From Meiothermus sp. (GTDB lineage Bacteria; Deinococcota; Deinococci; Deinococcales; Thermaceae): a DNA stretch of 64,000 nt. The position numbers and the translations under genes are program-made. The notes under the pieces are model-generated. The model had not been told where the DNA came from. It saw only the letters and a list, made by a program, of their open reading frames with translations, and did no database searches. Location: NCBI GenBank assembly GCA_033762915.1, contig JANRLD010000002.1, forward strand, positions 1 through 64,000, given 5' to 3'. Shown piece after piece: positions 37,760 to 47,637 of this stretch (positions are counted from its first letter, which is position 1; the number at the start of each line of letters is the position of its first letter).

Positions 37760-37882
37760 TTTCGATTTTACTTGAAATATCGAAACAATCAACCTGCCGG
37801 GTGCCACTGATTCGCAAACGTCTGTGTGGGAGAAACATTTATTTCGTAAATATTTGACACATTTCACATTTCACGGTAATAT
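37760..37882 (+). promoter_or_regulatory. Sugar operon promoter and candidate operators
   Basis: TTGACA 37854-37859, N17, TAATAT 37877-37882; TTTCG-N8-TGA(A/C)A at 37760-37777 and 37842-37859. Confidence 0.65.
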
Positions 37883-37942
37883 TTCGCTGAAAGTCAACCT
37901 ATAGCCCGCCCATCTCCGGCAACCGCTGCCCCAGGAGGCTTG

Positions 37943-39766
37943 ATGTTCTATTCCCTTCATCCCAACCCCCTGCTCGAGCGTCCCCGCTGGCGTAGCCTCG
38001 AGGGCACTTGGCAGCTCTCCTTCGACGAGGCGGAGCACCCCGGCCAGGTGTCCTTCGACCGCGAGGTGCAGGTGCCCTATGCGCCGGAGAGCGTTCGCAG
38101 TGGGCTCCACGAGCAGGGCTACCGCCGGGTGGTGTGGTATCGGCGCAACATTCCCCTCGAGGCGACCGAGTTGGGCGGGCGGGTGCTGTTGCACTTCGAG
38201 GCCGTGGACTACTCCGCCAAGGTCTGGGCCAACGGCCAGTTGGTGGTCAGCCACCAGGGCGGTCACACCCCCTTCTGGGCCGACGTGACCGAAGCCATCA
38301 ACGGCGACAGCGTGCTCGAGGTGATCGTGCGGGCCGAGGACGACCCCCACGACCTGCACAAGCCCAGGGGCAAGCAGGACTGGCGGCCCCGCCCGCACTC
38401 GATCTGGTATCCCCGCACCACCGGTATCTGGCAGACGGTGTGGCTCGAGAGCGTGCCCGCCACCCGCGTCGGGGGCCTGCGCTGGACGCCCGACCTGGAC
38501 AAGTGGGCCGTCCAGGTAGAGGCCGAGGTGGCGGGGGAGCGGCGGGATGGCTTGCAGCTCGAGGTGCGGCTGAGCCTGGCCGGGCGCACCGTGGCCCTGG
38601 ACCGCTACGCTGTGCAGGAGGGGCGGGTCTCGCGCCAGATCGCCCTGAGCGACCCCGGCATTGACGACGCCCGCGACGACTGGCTCTGGAGCCCCGAGCA
38701 CCCGCAGCTGATCGAGGCCGAGCTGCGGCTGCTGGCGGGCGAGGAGGTCCTGGATACCGTGCGGAGCTACACCGCGCTGCGATCGGTGGCGGCGGCGGAG
38801 CGGCACTTCTGGCTCAACGGTCGGCCCTATTACTTGCGGCTGGCCCTGGATCAGGGCTACTGGCCCGAGGGGCTGATGACCGCCAGCGACGCCGAACTGC
38901 GCCGCGAGGTGGAGTCGGCCAAGGGTCTGGGCTTTAACGGGGTGCGCAAGCACCAGAAGCTCGAGAGCCGGCGCTGGCTGTACTGGTGCGACGTGCTGGG
39001 CCTGCTGGTCTGGGACGAGATGCCCAGCTGTTACAGCTTCTCCCCGACCGCCATCGCCCGGCTGACCCAGGAGTGGATTGAGGTAATGCGGCGCGACCAT
39101 TCCCACCCCTGTGTGGTGGCCTGGGTGCCCTTCAACGAGAGCTGGGGCGTGCCCGACCTGCCCCGCAACCCCGCCCAGCGCGAGTACCTGCGCGGCCTCT
39201 ATCACCTCACCAAGGCCCTCGACCCCAGCCGGGTGGTCAGCGCCAACGACGGCTGGGAGCAGCCCTGCTCCGACCTCCTAACCATCCACGACTACAACCC
39301 AAGGCCCGAGCACCTGCTGGGTCGCTACGGCACCCCCGAGGCCATCGCCCACAGCCTGGGCCAGGTGCGCCCCGGCGGGCGCTCCTTAACCCTGGGAGGC
39401 TTCGCCTGGGGCGAGCAGCCCGCCCTGCTGAGCGAGTTCGGCGGCATCGCATTCTCGAGCTCTCCCGGCGATGGCTGGGGCTACAGCCGGGCCAGCGACA
39501 GCCAGGACTTCCTCGAGCACTACGCCGCGCTGCTGGGGGCGGTTCATCAGAGCACCGGTCTGGCGGGATTCTGCTACACCCAGCTCGCCGACACCTTCCA
39601 GGAGAAGAACGGCCTGCTCTACGCCGACCGCACCCCCAAGGCCGACCTCTCTAAACTGGCCGAGGCCACCCGAGGCCCGCGCCAGTCCACCCACATCAGC
39701 AACCCGCTCGGCTACAGCCGGCGGTGGCTGGAAAAACAGCAACCCAAGATCGAGGAGGGCGTATGA
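37943..39766 (+). CDS. Glycoside hydrolase family 2
   Basis: [38 protein letters not shown]. Confidence 0.9.
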   Translation: MFYSLHPNPLLERPRWRSLEGTWQLSFDEAEHPGQVSFDREVQVPYAPESVRSGLHEQGYRRVVWYRRNIPLEATELGGRVLLHFEAVDYSAKVWANGQLVVSHQGGHTPFWADVTEAINGDSVLEVIVRAEDDPHDLHKPRGKQDWRPRPHSIWYPRTTGIWQTVWLESVPATRVGGLRWTPDLDKWAVQVEAEVAGERRDGLQLEVRLSLAGRTVALDRYAVQEGRVSRQIALSDPGIDDARDDWLWSPEHPQLIEAELRLLAGEEVLDTVRSYTALRSVAAAERHFWLNGRPYYLRLALDQGYWPEGLMTASDAELRREVESAKGLGFNGVRKHQKLESRRWLYWCDVLGLLVWDEMPSCYSFSPTAIARLTQEWIEVMRRDHSHPCVVAWVPFNESWGVPDLPRNPAQREYLRGLYHLTKALDPSRVVSANDGWEQPCSDLLTIHDYNPRPEHLLGRYGTPEAIAHSLGQVRPGGRSLTLGGFAWGEQPALLSEFGGIAFSSSPGDGWGYSRASDSQDFLEHYAALLGAVHQSTGLAGFCYTQLADTFQEKNGLLYADRTPKADLSKLAEATRGPRQSTHISNPLGYSRRWLEKQQPKIEEGV

Positions 39767-41073
39767 ACCAATACATGAAGTTCGGCCTGGCAGCACTCTT
39801 GGTGGTCGGCGCGGGCGGCGCGCTGGCCCAGGGCTACAGCGGCCCCAGGGTGGAGATCACCTACCTGCACGGCTTCACCGGCCCCGATCGTCCGGTGATG
39901 GAGGAGATGGTCAAGCGCTTCAACGACGCCAACCCCAACATCGTGGTCAAGGCCACCGCCCAGCCCTGGGGCACCACCTGGAACCAGCTCGAGCCCCTGG
40001 TGGCCTCGGGCCGGGCCCCCGACGTAGTGGTGGTCAACGAGGACCAGATCACCCGCTTCATCGCGCGCGGTGCCCTCACCCCCATCGGCCCGGCCACTTT
40101 CAGGAACGCGGGCATTGACACCCGGCGCTTCTTCACCCCGTTGTTCCAGACCTCCGACTACAAGGGCCTCTCCTACGGGGTGCCGATCTCGGCGGTGGCC
40201 TACGTGATGTTCTACAACAAAGACCTGATGAAGAAGGCCGGGGTGGCCAAGGTGCCCACCACCCGCGCCGAACTGCTGGCCGCCGCCCAGGCCTGCACCA
40301 CCGACAAGGCCGGCAAGAAGGCCACTGAGGCCGGCTTTGACGGCAAGAACCTCGAGACCTGGGGCATCAGCCTGTACAACAACTGGGTGGGTGCCCGCAT
40401 GGCCTACTCGGCCATCCTCCAGAACGGTGGCAGCCTGGTGGATCGGCAGCTCAACGCCTCATTCAACAGCCCCGAGGCCGTCGAGGCGGTGCAGTTCCTG
40501 GTTGACCTGGTGGCCAAGCACAACGTGGCCCGCCCCAACTCCACCGAGGAGGCCGAGCTGGCCGCCTTCAGCCAGGGCAAGGTCTGCTTCTTCCCCTCTG
40601 GCCAGTGGTACCTCGACCGCTTCGAGAAGACCCCCAACTTCAGCTTCGGGGTATCCTTCGTGCCGCGCGTCGGCTCCAAGAAGGACGCCACCTGGGGCGG
40701 CTCCTCGCACCTGACCCTGCCCCGCCAGCGCCCCAACTACGACCCCAACAAGCGGGCCGCCGCGCTGGCCTTCATGAACTTCATGTCCTCCGCCGCCCAG
40801 AACCTGACCTGGACCTCAACCGGCAGCCTCCCCACTGTGCGGGCCGTGGCCAGCGACAAGAAGTTTGAGACCCAGCCCATCGCAGGCATCTTCGACAAGC
40901 TCGACAGCATCTACGCCACCTCTGGCTTCCCCTGGGGCGGCCAGGTGCTCGGGCCGTTCGACGGGGCCTGGGAGCGGGCCTACCTGGGCAAGCAACCGGT
41001 CAAGCAGGCCCTGGATCAGGGCGTGGACGAGGCCAACAAGCAGATTGCCCAGGCCCGCCCGAACTTCCGCTAG
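39763..41073 (+). CDS. Sugar ABC transporter substrate-binding protein
   Basis: Signal peptide; APDV, YGVP, MFYNKDL. Confidence 0.92.
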   Translation: MNQYMKFGLAALLVVGAGGALAQGYSGPRVEITYLHGFTGPDRPVMEEMVKRFNDANPNIVVKATAQPWGTTWNQLEPLVASGRAPDVVVVNEDQITRFIARGALTPIGPATFRNAGIDTRRFFTPLFQTSDYKGLSYGVPISAVAYVMFYNKDLMKKAGVAKVPTTRAELLAAAQACTTDKAGKKATEAGFDGKNLETWGISLYNNWVGARMAYSAILQNGGSLVDRQLNASFNSPEAVEAVQFLVDLVAKHNVARPNSTEEAELAAFSQGKVCFFPSGQWYLDRFEKTPNFSFGVSFVPRVGSKKDATWGGSSHLTLPRQRPNYDPNKRAAALAFMNFMSSAAQNLTWTSTGSLPTVRAVASDKKFETQPIAGIFDKLDSIYATSGFPWGGQVLGPFDGAWERAYLGKQPVKQALDQGVDEANKQIAQARPNFR

Positions 41074-41194
41074 TAAGCCCCGTGTGGTCTGGGGACGCTT
41101 CCTCCGGCCCACACGTCCAGAGCCTCTGCCGCCTCCTCCTGGCAGGGGCTCTGCCCCTTAGCCCCTCGAGCGTCCCCGCTCCTCGGAGGTCAGC

Positions 41195-42139
41195 ATGAGC
41201 CCGGCCACCAGGCCGAACCAACGGCGGGGGAGTCTCCTCGCGCTCAACGAGTCGAACCCGCTGATCCCCTACCTCTTCCTGCTGCCGCACGCGGTTTTCT
41301 TCCTGGTCTTCGTGATCTATCCGGTCGGTTACGGGCTGTACATCAGCCTGCACCGCTGGAATCTGCTGGAAGGCCAGCAGGAGTTTGTGGGCCTGCTGTT
41401 CTACCGCAACCTCTTCGACCCCTCCACCCCGCAGTACAGCTTCTTCTGGAAGACCCTGCTCAACACCGCCTTCTTCACGGCCGTGAGTACCCCGCTCTTG
41501 GTGGGGGCAGCGCTGGGGCTGGCGATCCTGCTGTACCGGCCGATCTTCGCCCGGGCGGTATTCCGGGCCATCTTCTTCATGCCAGGGATCCTCTCGGTGG
41601 CGGTGATGGGCATCCTCTGGCGCTGGATGTTCGACAACCAGAGCGGACTGGTCAACGTGATCCGGGAGCAGTACTTCGACCTGCCGGTGATCCAGTTTCT
41701 AACCACCGAGTGGTGGGCCTGGGTGCCGATCATCGTGGGCACGGTCTGGTGGACCATCGGCTTCAATATGACGCTTTACCTGGCCGCGCTGGGCGGGATC
41801 TCGCCCACGCTCTACGAGGCCGCCGAGATTGATGGGGCCGGCCCTTGGGCGCGGTTCCGCTTTATCACCTGGCCGCTGCTGTCGCCCACCACCCTCTTTA
41901 TCACCGTGACTACGGTGCTGGCGAGTTTCCAGCTGTTCGGGCAGTCGCTGGTGATTACCAACGGCGGCCCGGTGCGGAGCACCCAGAGCGTGATCCAGTA
42001 CATCACAGAGGAGGCCTTCGGGAACAACCAGCTGGCCAGCGCCAGCGCGATGGCCTTTGTGTTCGGGCTGCTGATGCTGGTCTTCACGGCGATCCAGTTC
42101 CGGCTGATGGTGCGCGACATGAACGCGGAGGGGAGGTAG
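41195..42139 (+). CDS. Carbohydrate ABC permease
   Basis: LYEAAEIDGA EAA loop. Confidence 0.93.
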   Translation: MSPATRPNQRRGSLLALNESNPLIPYLFLLPHAVFFLVFVIYPVGYGLYISLHRWNLLEGQQEFVGLLFYRNLFDPSTPQYSFFWKTLLNTAFFTAVSTPLLVGAALGLAILLYRPIFARAVFRAIFFMPGILSVAVMGILWRWMFDNQSGLVNVIREQYFDLPVIQFLTTEWWAWVPIIVGTVWWTIGFNMTLYLAALGGISPTLYEAAEIDGAGPWARFRFITWPLLSPTTLFITVTTVLASFQLFGQSLVITNGGPVRSTQSVIQYITEEAFGNNQLASASAMAFVFGLLMLVFTAIQFRLMVRDMNAEGR

Positions 42140-42140
42140 C

Positions 42141-43013
42141 ATGGCCGCCCTGCCCAACTCCCCTCGAGGCTCCCGGTCCCAGGCGCGCTGGCGGCGGGTG
42201 CGCGATGTGCCGCGGTTCGTGCTGCTGGTGGTGCTGGCCATCATCTTCTTGGCGCCGCTGTACTGGATGCTGACCACGTCCTTCAAGCCGGAGGCGGAGA
42301 CCATCTCGATACCCGTGCAGTGGGTGCCGGCCAACCCGACGCTGGAGAACTATGCCGAGATCGTCAACTCGCCGGACGGGAGGCTGCTGCGCTGGACCTG
42401 GAACTCGGTCTTCACGGCGGCGGCCTTCACCCTCGCGACGCTGGCGCTGTGCGTGCTGGCGGCCTACCCGCTGGCGCGGATGAGGTTCCGGGGGCGCGAG
42501 CTGTGGTTCTGGTTCATCCTGAGCAGCATGATGGTGCCGGGGATTGTGACGCTGATTCCGAGCTACATCATGATGCTCAACCTCAACTGGATCGACACCT
42601 ACCACGCGCTGATCTGGCCGGGGGTGGCGAACGCGTTCGGGGTGTTCTTGCTGCGGCAGTTTTTCCTGGGGATACCGCGGGAGCTGCAGGAGGCTGCCCG
42701 GATGGACGGGGCGAACAGCCTGCAGGTGCTGCGGCACGTGATCCTGCCCTTGTCGGTGCCGGTGCTGGTGACGCTGGGGGTGTTCAGTTTCATGGGCTCG
42801 TGGAACAACTACGTGTGGCCGCTGTACGTGGCGACGTCACCGGATATGCAGACGCTGCCGGTGGGGATCACGAGCTTCTCGCAGCGGTACGTGACGGAGT
42901 ACGGGAAGCTAATGGCGGGGACGGCGCTGGCGGCGGTGCCAGTGCTGGTGGCCTACCTGCTGGCCCAGCGCTACTTGGTGCAGGGCATCGCCCTCACCGG
43001 CATGAAGGAGTAA
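42141..43013 (+). CDS. Carbohydrate ABC permease
   Basis: LQEAARMDGA EAA loop; WNNY.WP. Confidence 0.93.
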   Translation: MAALPNSPRGSRSQARWRRVRDVPRFVLLVVLAIIFLAPLYWMLTTSFKPEAETISIPVQWVPANPTLENYAEIVNSPDGRLLRWTWNSVFTAAAFTLATLALCVLAAYPLARMRFRGRELWFWFILSSMMVPGIVTLIPSYIMMLNLNWIDTYHALIWPGVANAFGVFLLRQFFLGIPRELQEAARMDGANSLQVLRHVILPLSVPVLVTLGVFSFMGSWNNYVWPLYVATSPDMQTLPVGITSFSQRYVTEYGKLMAGTALAAVPVLVAYLLAQRYLVQGIALTGMKE

Positions 43014-43026
43014 AGGAGTAGGGGAG

Positions 43027-44070
43027 ATGATCCAAAGGCATGTACCGCTGGCGCTGCTCCTGGCGATAGGCCTGATCGTACTCGGCCAGCCCACCAAAAC
43101 CTTCACCAACCCGCTGCTGCCCAGCGGCCCCGACCCCCATATCACCTTCTTCCAGGGCAACTACTACCTGACCCACACCACCGGCACCGACATCCGGGTG
43201 CGCAAGGCAGCCAGCCTGGCTGGGCTGGGCCAGGCCGAGGAGCGCTACGTCTGGTCCGACTTCGAGCCCGAGCGCTGCTGCCACCTCTGGGCGCCAGAGT
43301 TCCACCGGCTCAAGAACCCCGCCGGGCAGTTCCGCTGGTACATGTACTACACAGCCGGCCCGTCGGAGTGTTGCGCCAGCCAACGGATGCACGTCCTCGA
43401 GAGCGAAGCCGACGACCCCCTGGGCCCCTACAACTACAAGGGCCGGCTATTCGATGCCCAGCACGACTTCTGGGCCATTGACCCCACCGTGTTCGAAAGT
43501 CGGGGGCGGCTCTACGTGGTCTACAGCGGCACCCCGCAGGACAAGATGCCCTTCGAAAAGCCGCAGAACCTCTACATCGCCCGGCTCCAGAACCCCTGGA
43601 CGATCTCTGGGCAGCGCGTCGAGATCGCCGCTCCCAGCCAGCCCTGGGAGTTGATTGGCGGCCCGGTCAACGAGGGGCCGGCCCTGGCCCGGCGGGCCGG
43701 CAAGCTCTACCTGGCCTACTCGGGCTCGGGCTGCTGGACCGACGACTACGCAGCGGGGGTGCTGGTGGCCTCGGAGGCCGCCGACCTGCTCAGCCCCCGC
43801 TCCTGGCAGAAGATGCCCCGGCCCTTCCTCCAGCGCCGCGACGCCGCCGGGGTCTTCGGCCCCGGCCACAACAGCTTCTTCAAGTCTCCCGACGGCAAAG
43901 AGGACTGGATCGTCTACCACGCCAACCCCGAGCCAGGCCTCGAGTGCAAGGATCGGCGCAGCCCCCGTGCGCAGAAGCTCACCTGGGGCTCCGACGGCCT
44001 CCCCCGGCTCACCCCCACCGCCCCGAACAGCCCCTTGCCGCTGCCCTCGGGCGACCCCGGTCTACGATGA
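43027..44070 (+). CDS. Secreted GH43 glycoside hydrolase (arabinofuranosidase-like)
   Basis: Signal peptide; PDP, WAPE, AIDP, NEGP, GPGHNSF, YHA. Confidence 0.9.
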   Translation: MIQRHVPLALLLAIGLIVLGQPTKTFTNPLLPSGPDPHITFFQGNYYLTHTTGTDIRVRKAASLAGLGQAEERYVWSDFEPERCCHLWAPEFHRLKNPAGQFRWYMYYTAGPSECCASQRMHVLESEADDPLGPYNYKGRLFDAQHDFWAIDPTVFESRGRLYVVYSGTPQDKMPFEKPQNLYIARLQNPWTISGQRVEIAAPSQPWELIGGPVNEGPALARRAGKLYLAYSGSGCWTDDYAAGVLVASEAADLLSPRSWQKMPRPFLQRRDAAGVFGPGHNSFFKSPDGKEDWIVYHANPEPGLECKDRRSPRAQKLTWGSDGLPRLTPTAPNSPLPLPSGDPGLR

Positions 44071-44990
44071 AAAGCCCGCGCAATCCCGTCAACCCGGTTT
44101 ACCCCCACTACTTCGCCGATCCCTTCGTGCTGCGGCACGGCGACGCCTACTACGCCTACGGTACCGGCGGGGTCAACACCAACGGTCGGGTCATCGAGGT
44201 GCTGCGCTCGAGTGACCTGCGCACCTGGGAGTCGATGGGCGGGAGCCTCGAGCCCCTCAGCCTCGAGACCCCCCACGACTACTGGGCCCCCGAGGTGGCG
44301 GTGCATCAGGGGCGCTTTTACATGTACTACTCGGCGGGCAAGGGCGACCAGGGCCACACCCTGCGGGTCGCCACCGCCGACCGCCCCCTTGGCCCTTTCT
44401 GGGACATGGGCCTGAACCTCAGCCCCGGCGAGCCCTTCGCCATAGACCCGCACCCCTTCCGCGACGACGACGGGCAGTGGTATCTGTTCTACGCCAAGGA
44501 CTTTCTGGACGGGCCCCGGGTGGGAACTGCACTGGCCGTGGACCGGCTGCGCAGCATGAGCCAGCTCGAGGGCCGCCCGGCCACGGTGCTGCGGGCCAGC
44601 GCCGACTGGCAGCTCTACCAGCGGCAGCGCCCGATGTACGGCGCGCTCTACGACTGGCACACCCTCGAGGGGCCCTTTGTGGTCAAGCGCGGCGGCCTGT
44701 ACTACTGCTTTTACTCCGGCGGCAACTGGCAGAACCCCAGCTACGGGGTTTCCTACGCCATCGCCGAGCACCCGCTGGGACCCTGGACGGAGCCCCAGGT
44801 GGGCCGCGCCGCCGTGCTCCAGACTGTCCCTGGGCGTCTGAGCGGTCCCGGCCACAACTCGCTGGTGCGCGGCCCCGACGGCCAGGACTACCTGGTCTAC
44901 CACGCCTGGGACGAGCGCGGCACGGCCCGGCGGATGTGTGTGAGTCGGCTCGAGTGGACGCTCCAGGGCCCACGGGTCGAACTGGACTGA
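44067..44990 (+). CDS. GH43 glycoside hydrolase
   Basis: ADPF, WAPE, AIDPHPF, LEGP, GPGHNS; ATG 44067 overlaps the previous stop. Confidence 0.9.
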   Translation: MKSPRNPVNPVYPHYFADPFVLRHGDAYYAYGTGGVNTNGRVIEVLRSSDLRTWESMGGSLEPLSLETPHDYWAPEVAVHQGRFYMYYSAGKGDQGHTLRVATADRPLGPFWDMGLNLSPGEPFAIDPHPFRDDDGQWYLFYAKDFLDGPRVGTALAVDRLRSMSQLEGRPATVLRASADWQLYQRQRPMYGALYDWHTLEGPFVVKRGGLYYCFYSGGNWQNPSYGVSYAIAEHPLGPWTEPQVGRAAVLQTVPGRLSGPGHNSLVRGPDGQDYLVYHAWDERGTARRMCVSRLEWTLQGPRVELD

Positions 44991-45128
44991 CCACACCGGT
45001 GGACTTGATAAAGCTCGGCCAGAGGTCAAACCCTCTGGGCGAGGCTTGGTTTCAGGCGGCAGAAGGGATGGCCCCTCGAGCCCGTGCAACAGGCCGGTTT
45101 GGGCTCACAACGGACGACGGTTAACCTA

Positions 45129-45325
45129 TCGCGTTTCCCACCCGTACCTCCCTCGCGGCGGCAGGTAATGTAGTCCTTCTCGCGGTTCCCACCCATACTC
45201 CATCCACGGTGCGGAGTATTGCACTCGGTACGGTGGTTTTTGCCGTACCGAGTGTTCATGGGAACCGCTCTACAGCAAAAACCGCCCGCTTTAGCGCTGT
45301 TGGGAGTATACGTGGGAACCGCTCT
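45129..45325 (-). mobile_element. Nested family A elements (inner copy 45180-45271 inside an outer copy)
   Basis: Outer halves rejoin to match the 51870 copy; inner copy has its own two ends. Confidence 0.8.
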
Positions 45326-47144
45326 AGTCGGTGGCCACTGCCTCGCCCTTAGGCGCCACCGGCGGCAGCCCCAGCTTTACCCACCGCTCGTCCACCCGGC
45401 GCACGACTTCCGGAGACATCACGATCTTGGGCGGCCAGCGTCGGGAGAAGCCCTCCTCGGCCAGCTTACGGGTGCCCTCCAGCACCAGCACCGGGCCTTC
45501 GCTGCCTTGCATCACCCAGGCGTCGCGCTCAGGGTCTATATTGTTGAGCACCGCCCACATCACCTCGTCGAAGTCCAGGCTGGTGTCGGAGTCGGTGAGC
45601 AGCAGCAGGCGGATGCCGGCGCTCTGCGGCGTGGCCAGCAGCCTCTCGGCGACCTCCCTGGCCTGGTGGGGCTTGGTCTTCTCGAGGGTCGCCATCCAGA
45701 CCCCCGGCAGCTGTTTCTGCTGAACGCCGGGAAGGGCGGGGAGGGTGGCGTGGAATTTGGGGATGAACGGCGGGTCGCCGCCCTCCTCGGTCAGTTTGCG
45801 GGTGCCATCGATGATCAGTTTGCCGCCGTAGCCCACGGCCCTGGAAGAGTGGTCGAGCACGTCAATAGGGCCGCGGGAGACCAGAGTGTCGCGCCCCGGC
45901 ACCGCGTACTTCACGGCCTCCTGGATCGAGGCCGCGCCCTTCAGCGGGGCTCCGGCGTCCAGGACCACCATCACCTTGGCGAACATCATCTGCCCTAGCC
46001 CGAACATCCCGTTCGCCACCTTGTAGGCGTGACCCGGATAGGCTTTTTGGATGCCCACATTCACCCAGTTGTGGGCCACCCCGGCGGGGGGCATGTGATA
46101 GTCCTTTAGCTCCGGCAGGATGAGTTGGGCGGCGGGCATGAACAGCCGCTCGCTGGCCTCGATTAAGTAGGCGTCCTCCATCGGCGGGCGGCCCACTATC
46201 GTGGCCGGATAGACAGCGCCGCGGCGGTGGGTGATAGCGGTGATGTGGAAGCGGGGGTAGAAGTCCTCGAGGGTGTAAAACCCGGTGTGGTCGCCGAAGG
46301 GGCCTTCGACGATCAGGTCCTCGGCGGGATCGACGTAGCCCTCGAGGATGAACTCGGCCTCGGCGGGCACCATCAGGTCTACGGTGACTCCCCGGGTCAG
46401 CTCGAGCGGTGTCCCGCGCAGGAAGCCCGCCAGGTTGAACTCGGTCACGCCGGGGATGGGAGGGACGGGCGCGGTGGCGGCGTAGGTGAGGATGGGGTCG
46501 CCGCCGATGGCCACGGCGATCTCGAGCTTTTTGCCCAGCCGCTTGGCCTTGTCGAAGTGCCGCCGCCCGACCTTGTGGAGCTGCCAGTGCATCCCGGTCG
46601 ACTGTCTGTCCAGCACCTGCATCCGGTACATGCCCAGGTTGGGCTCGCCGGTCTCGGGGTCTTTGGTGATGACCAGCGGCAGAGTCACGTAGGGGCCGCC
46701 GTCCAGCGGCCAGCACTTGAGGATTGGGACGCGGCCCAGGTCAACTTGGTCGCCCTTCAGCACCACCTGCTGCACCGGCGCGTTGCCCACTTTTTTGGGA
46801 AAGAAGCCCTTAAGCTCGCCCAGCTTGGGCAGCAGCGCGAAGGCCGCCTTGAGGCCGCCCTTGCCGGGGTTAAGGTTGAGGAAACTCGAGACCCGCGCCG
46901 CCAGATCGTCGAGGCTCTTGACGCCCATCGCCAGCGCGGTGCGCTCGGCCGTCCCGTAGCCCCCGATGAACACCGGGAAGTCGCGGTCTTGCACGTTCTC
47001 GAACAGGAGGGCCGGGCCGCCCGCTTTCACCAGCCGGTCGGCGATCTCGGTGATCTCGAGCTCGCAAGACACCGGCTCTTTTACCCGGACGAGCTCGCCA
47101 CGGCGCTCGAGGTCGGCGATAAAGGCGCTGAGATTCTTATACAT
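45324..47144 (-). CDS. UbiD-family decarboxylase (probably menaquinone biosynthesis type)
   Basis: GGPALLFEN, NLGMYR, EGPFGDHTG, GRPPMED; duplicated C-terminal region. Confidence 0.88.
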   Translation of the reverse strand: MYKNLSAFIADLERRGELVRVKEPVSCELEITEIADRLVKAGGPALLFENVQDRDFPVFIGGYGTAERTALAMGVKSLDDLAARVSSFLNLNPGKGGLKAAFALLPKLGELKGFFPKKVGNAPVQQVVLKGDQVDLGRVPILKCWPLDGGPYVTLPLVITKDPETGEPNLGMYRMQVLDRQSTGMHWQLHKVGRRHFDKAKRLGKKLEIAVAIGGDPILTYAATAPVPPIPGVTEFNLAGFLRGTPLELTRGVTVDLMVPAEAEFILEGYVDPAEDLIVEGPFGDHTGFYTLEDFYPRFHITAITHRRGAVYPATIVGRPPMEDAYLIEASERLFMPAAQLILPELKDYHMPPAGVAHNWVNVGIQKAYPGHAYKVANGMFGLGQMMFAKVMVVLDAGAPLKGAASIQEAVKYAVPGRDTLVSRGPIDVLDHSSRAVGYGGKLIIDGTRKLTEEGGDPPFIPKFHATLPALPGVQQKQLPGVWMATLEKTKPHQAREVAERLLATPQSAGIRLLLLTDSDTSLDFDEVMWAVLNNIDPERDAWVMQGSEGPVLVLEGTRKLAEEGFSRRWPPKIVMSPEVVRRVDERWVKLGLPPVAPKGEAVATD

Positions 47145-47303
47145 CCATTCCAGGGTAGCTTAAAGGCTAAAGGGGGATTGTGTTGAGGTAAGGTGTCCCG
47201 GGTCTGCGCGGTCGAGATGCGCGACGCCGCCTGGGGAGTTCAGGGATCGTGCCAGGCGCGGGTTTGTCATATTGGCCGGTCTTGCAGGCTTTCCCCAGAC
47301 CGC

Positions 47304-47633
47304 TCACAGTTCCATCTCGATGTGCTCGAGCCTGAACCTCCCGGGCGTTCCGTACACCAGCACCGCCTCGAGGCGCACCGGCAGGTCGTCGCGGCCCAGC
47401 AGGTAGACCACCGAGCCGTAGATGCGGCGGTACTTGGTGGGGGTGAGGGCCTCGAGGGGCGTGCCGAACTTGTCGTCCCGGCGCTGCTTGACCTCCACCG
47501 CCACGTAGGTTTCGCCGTCCCGCATCCACAGGTCGACCTCGCCCACCGGCGTTTTCTTGTTCTGTCCCAGCAGGACGTAGCCCTTGGCCAGCAGATACTT
47601 CCGCGCCAACGCCTCCGCCCAAGCGCCCTTCAT
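47304..47633 (-). CDS. YraN family putative endonuclease
   Basis: GAWAE..A..YL..KGY, GEVDL, VEVK.R. Confidence 0.85.
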   Translation of the reverse strand: MKGAWAEALARKYLLAKGYVLLGQNKKTPVGEVDLWMRDGETYVAVEVKQRRDDKFGTPLEALTPTKYRRIYGSVVYLLGRDDLPVRLEAVLVYGTPGRFRLEHIEMEL

Positions 47634-47637
47634 ACGG

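Noticed and set aside
42190..42960. G-ending codon bias in the second sugar permease as a sign of foreign origin
   Set aside because: Similar bias appears in other membrane-protein genes here (DMT, TRAP permease), and it was not quantified
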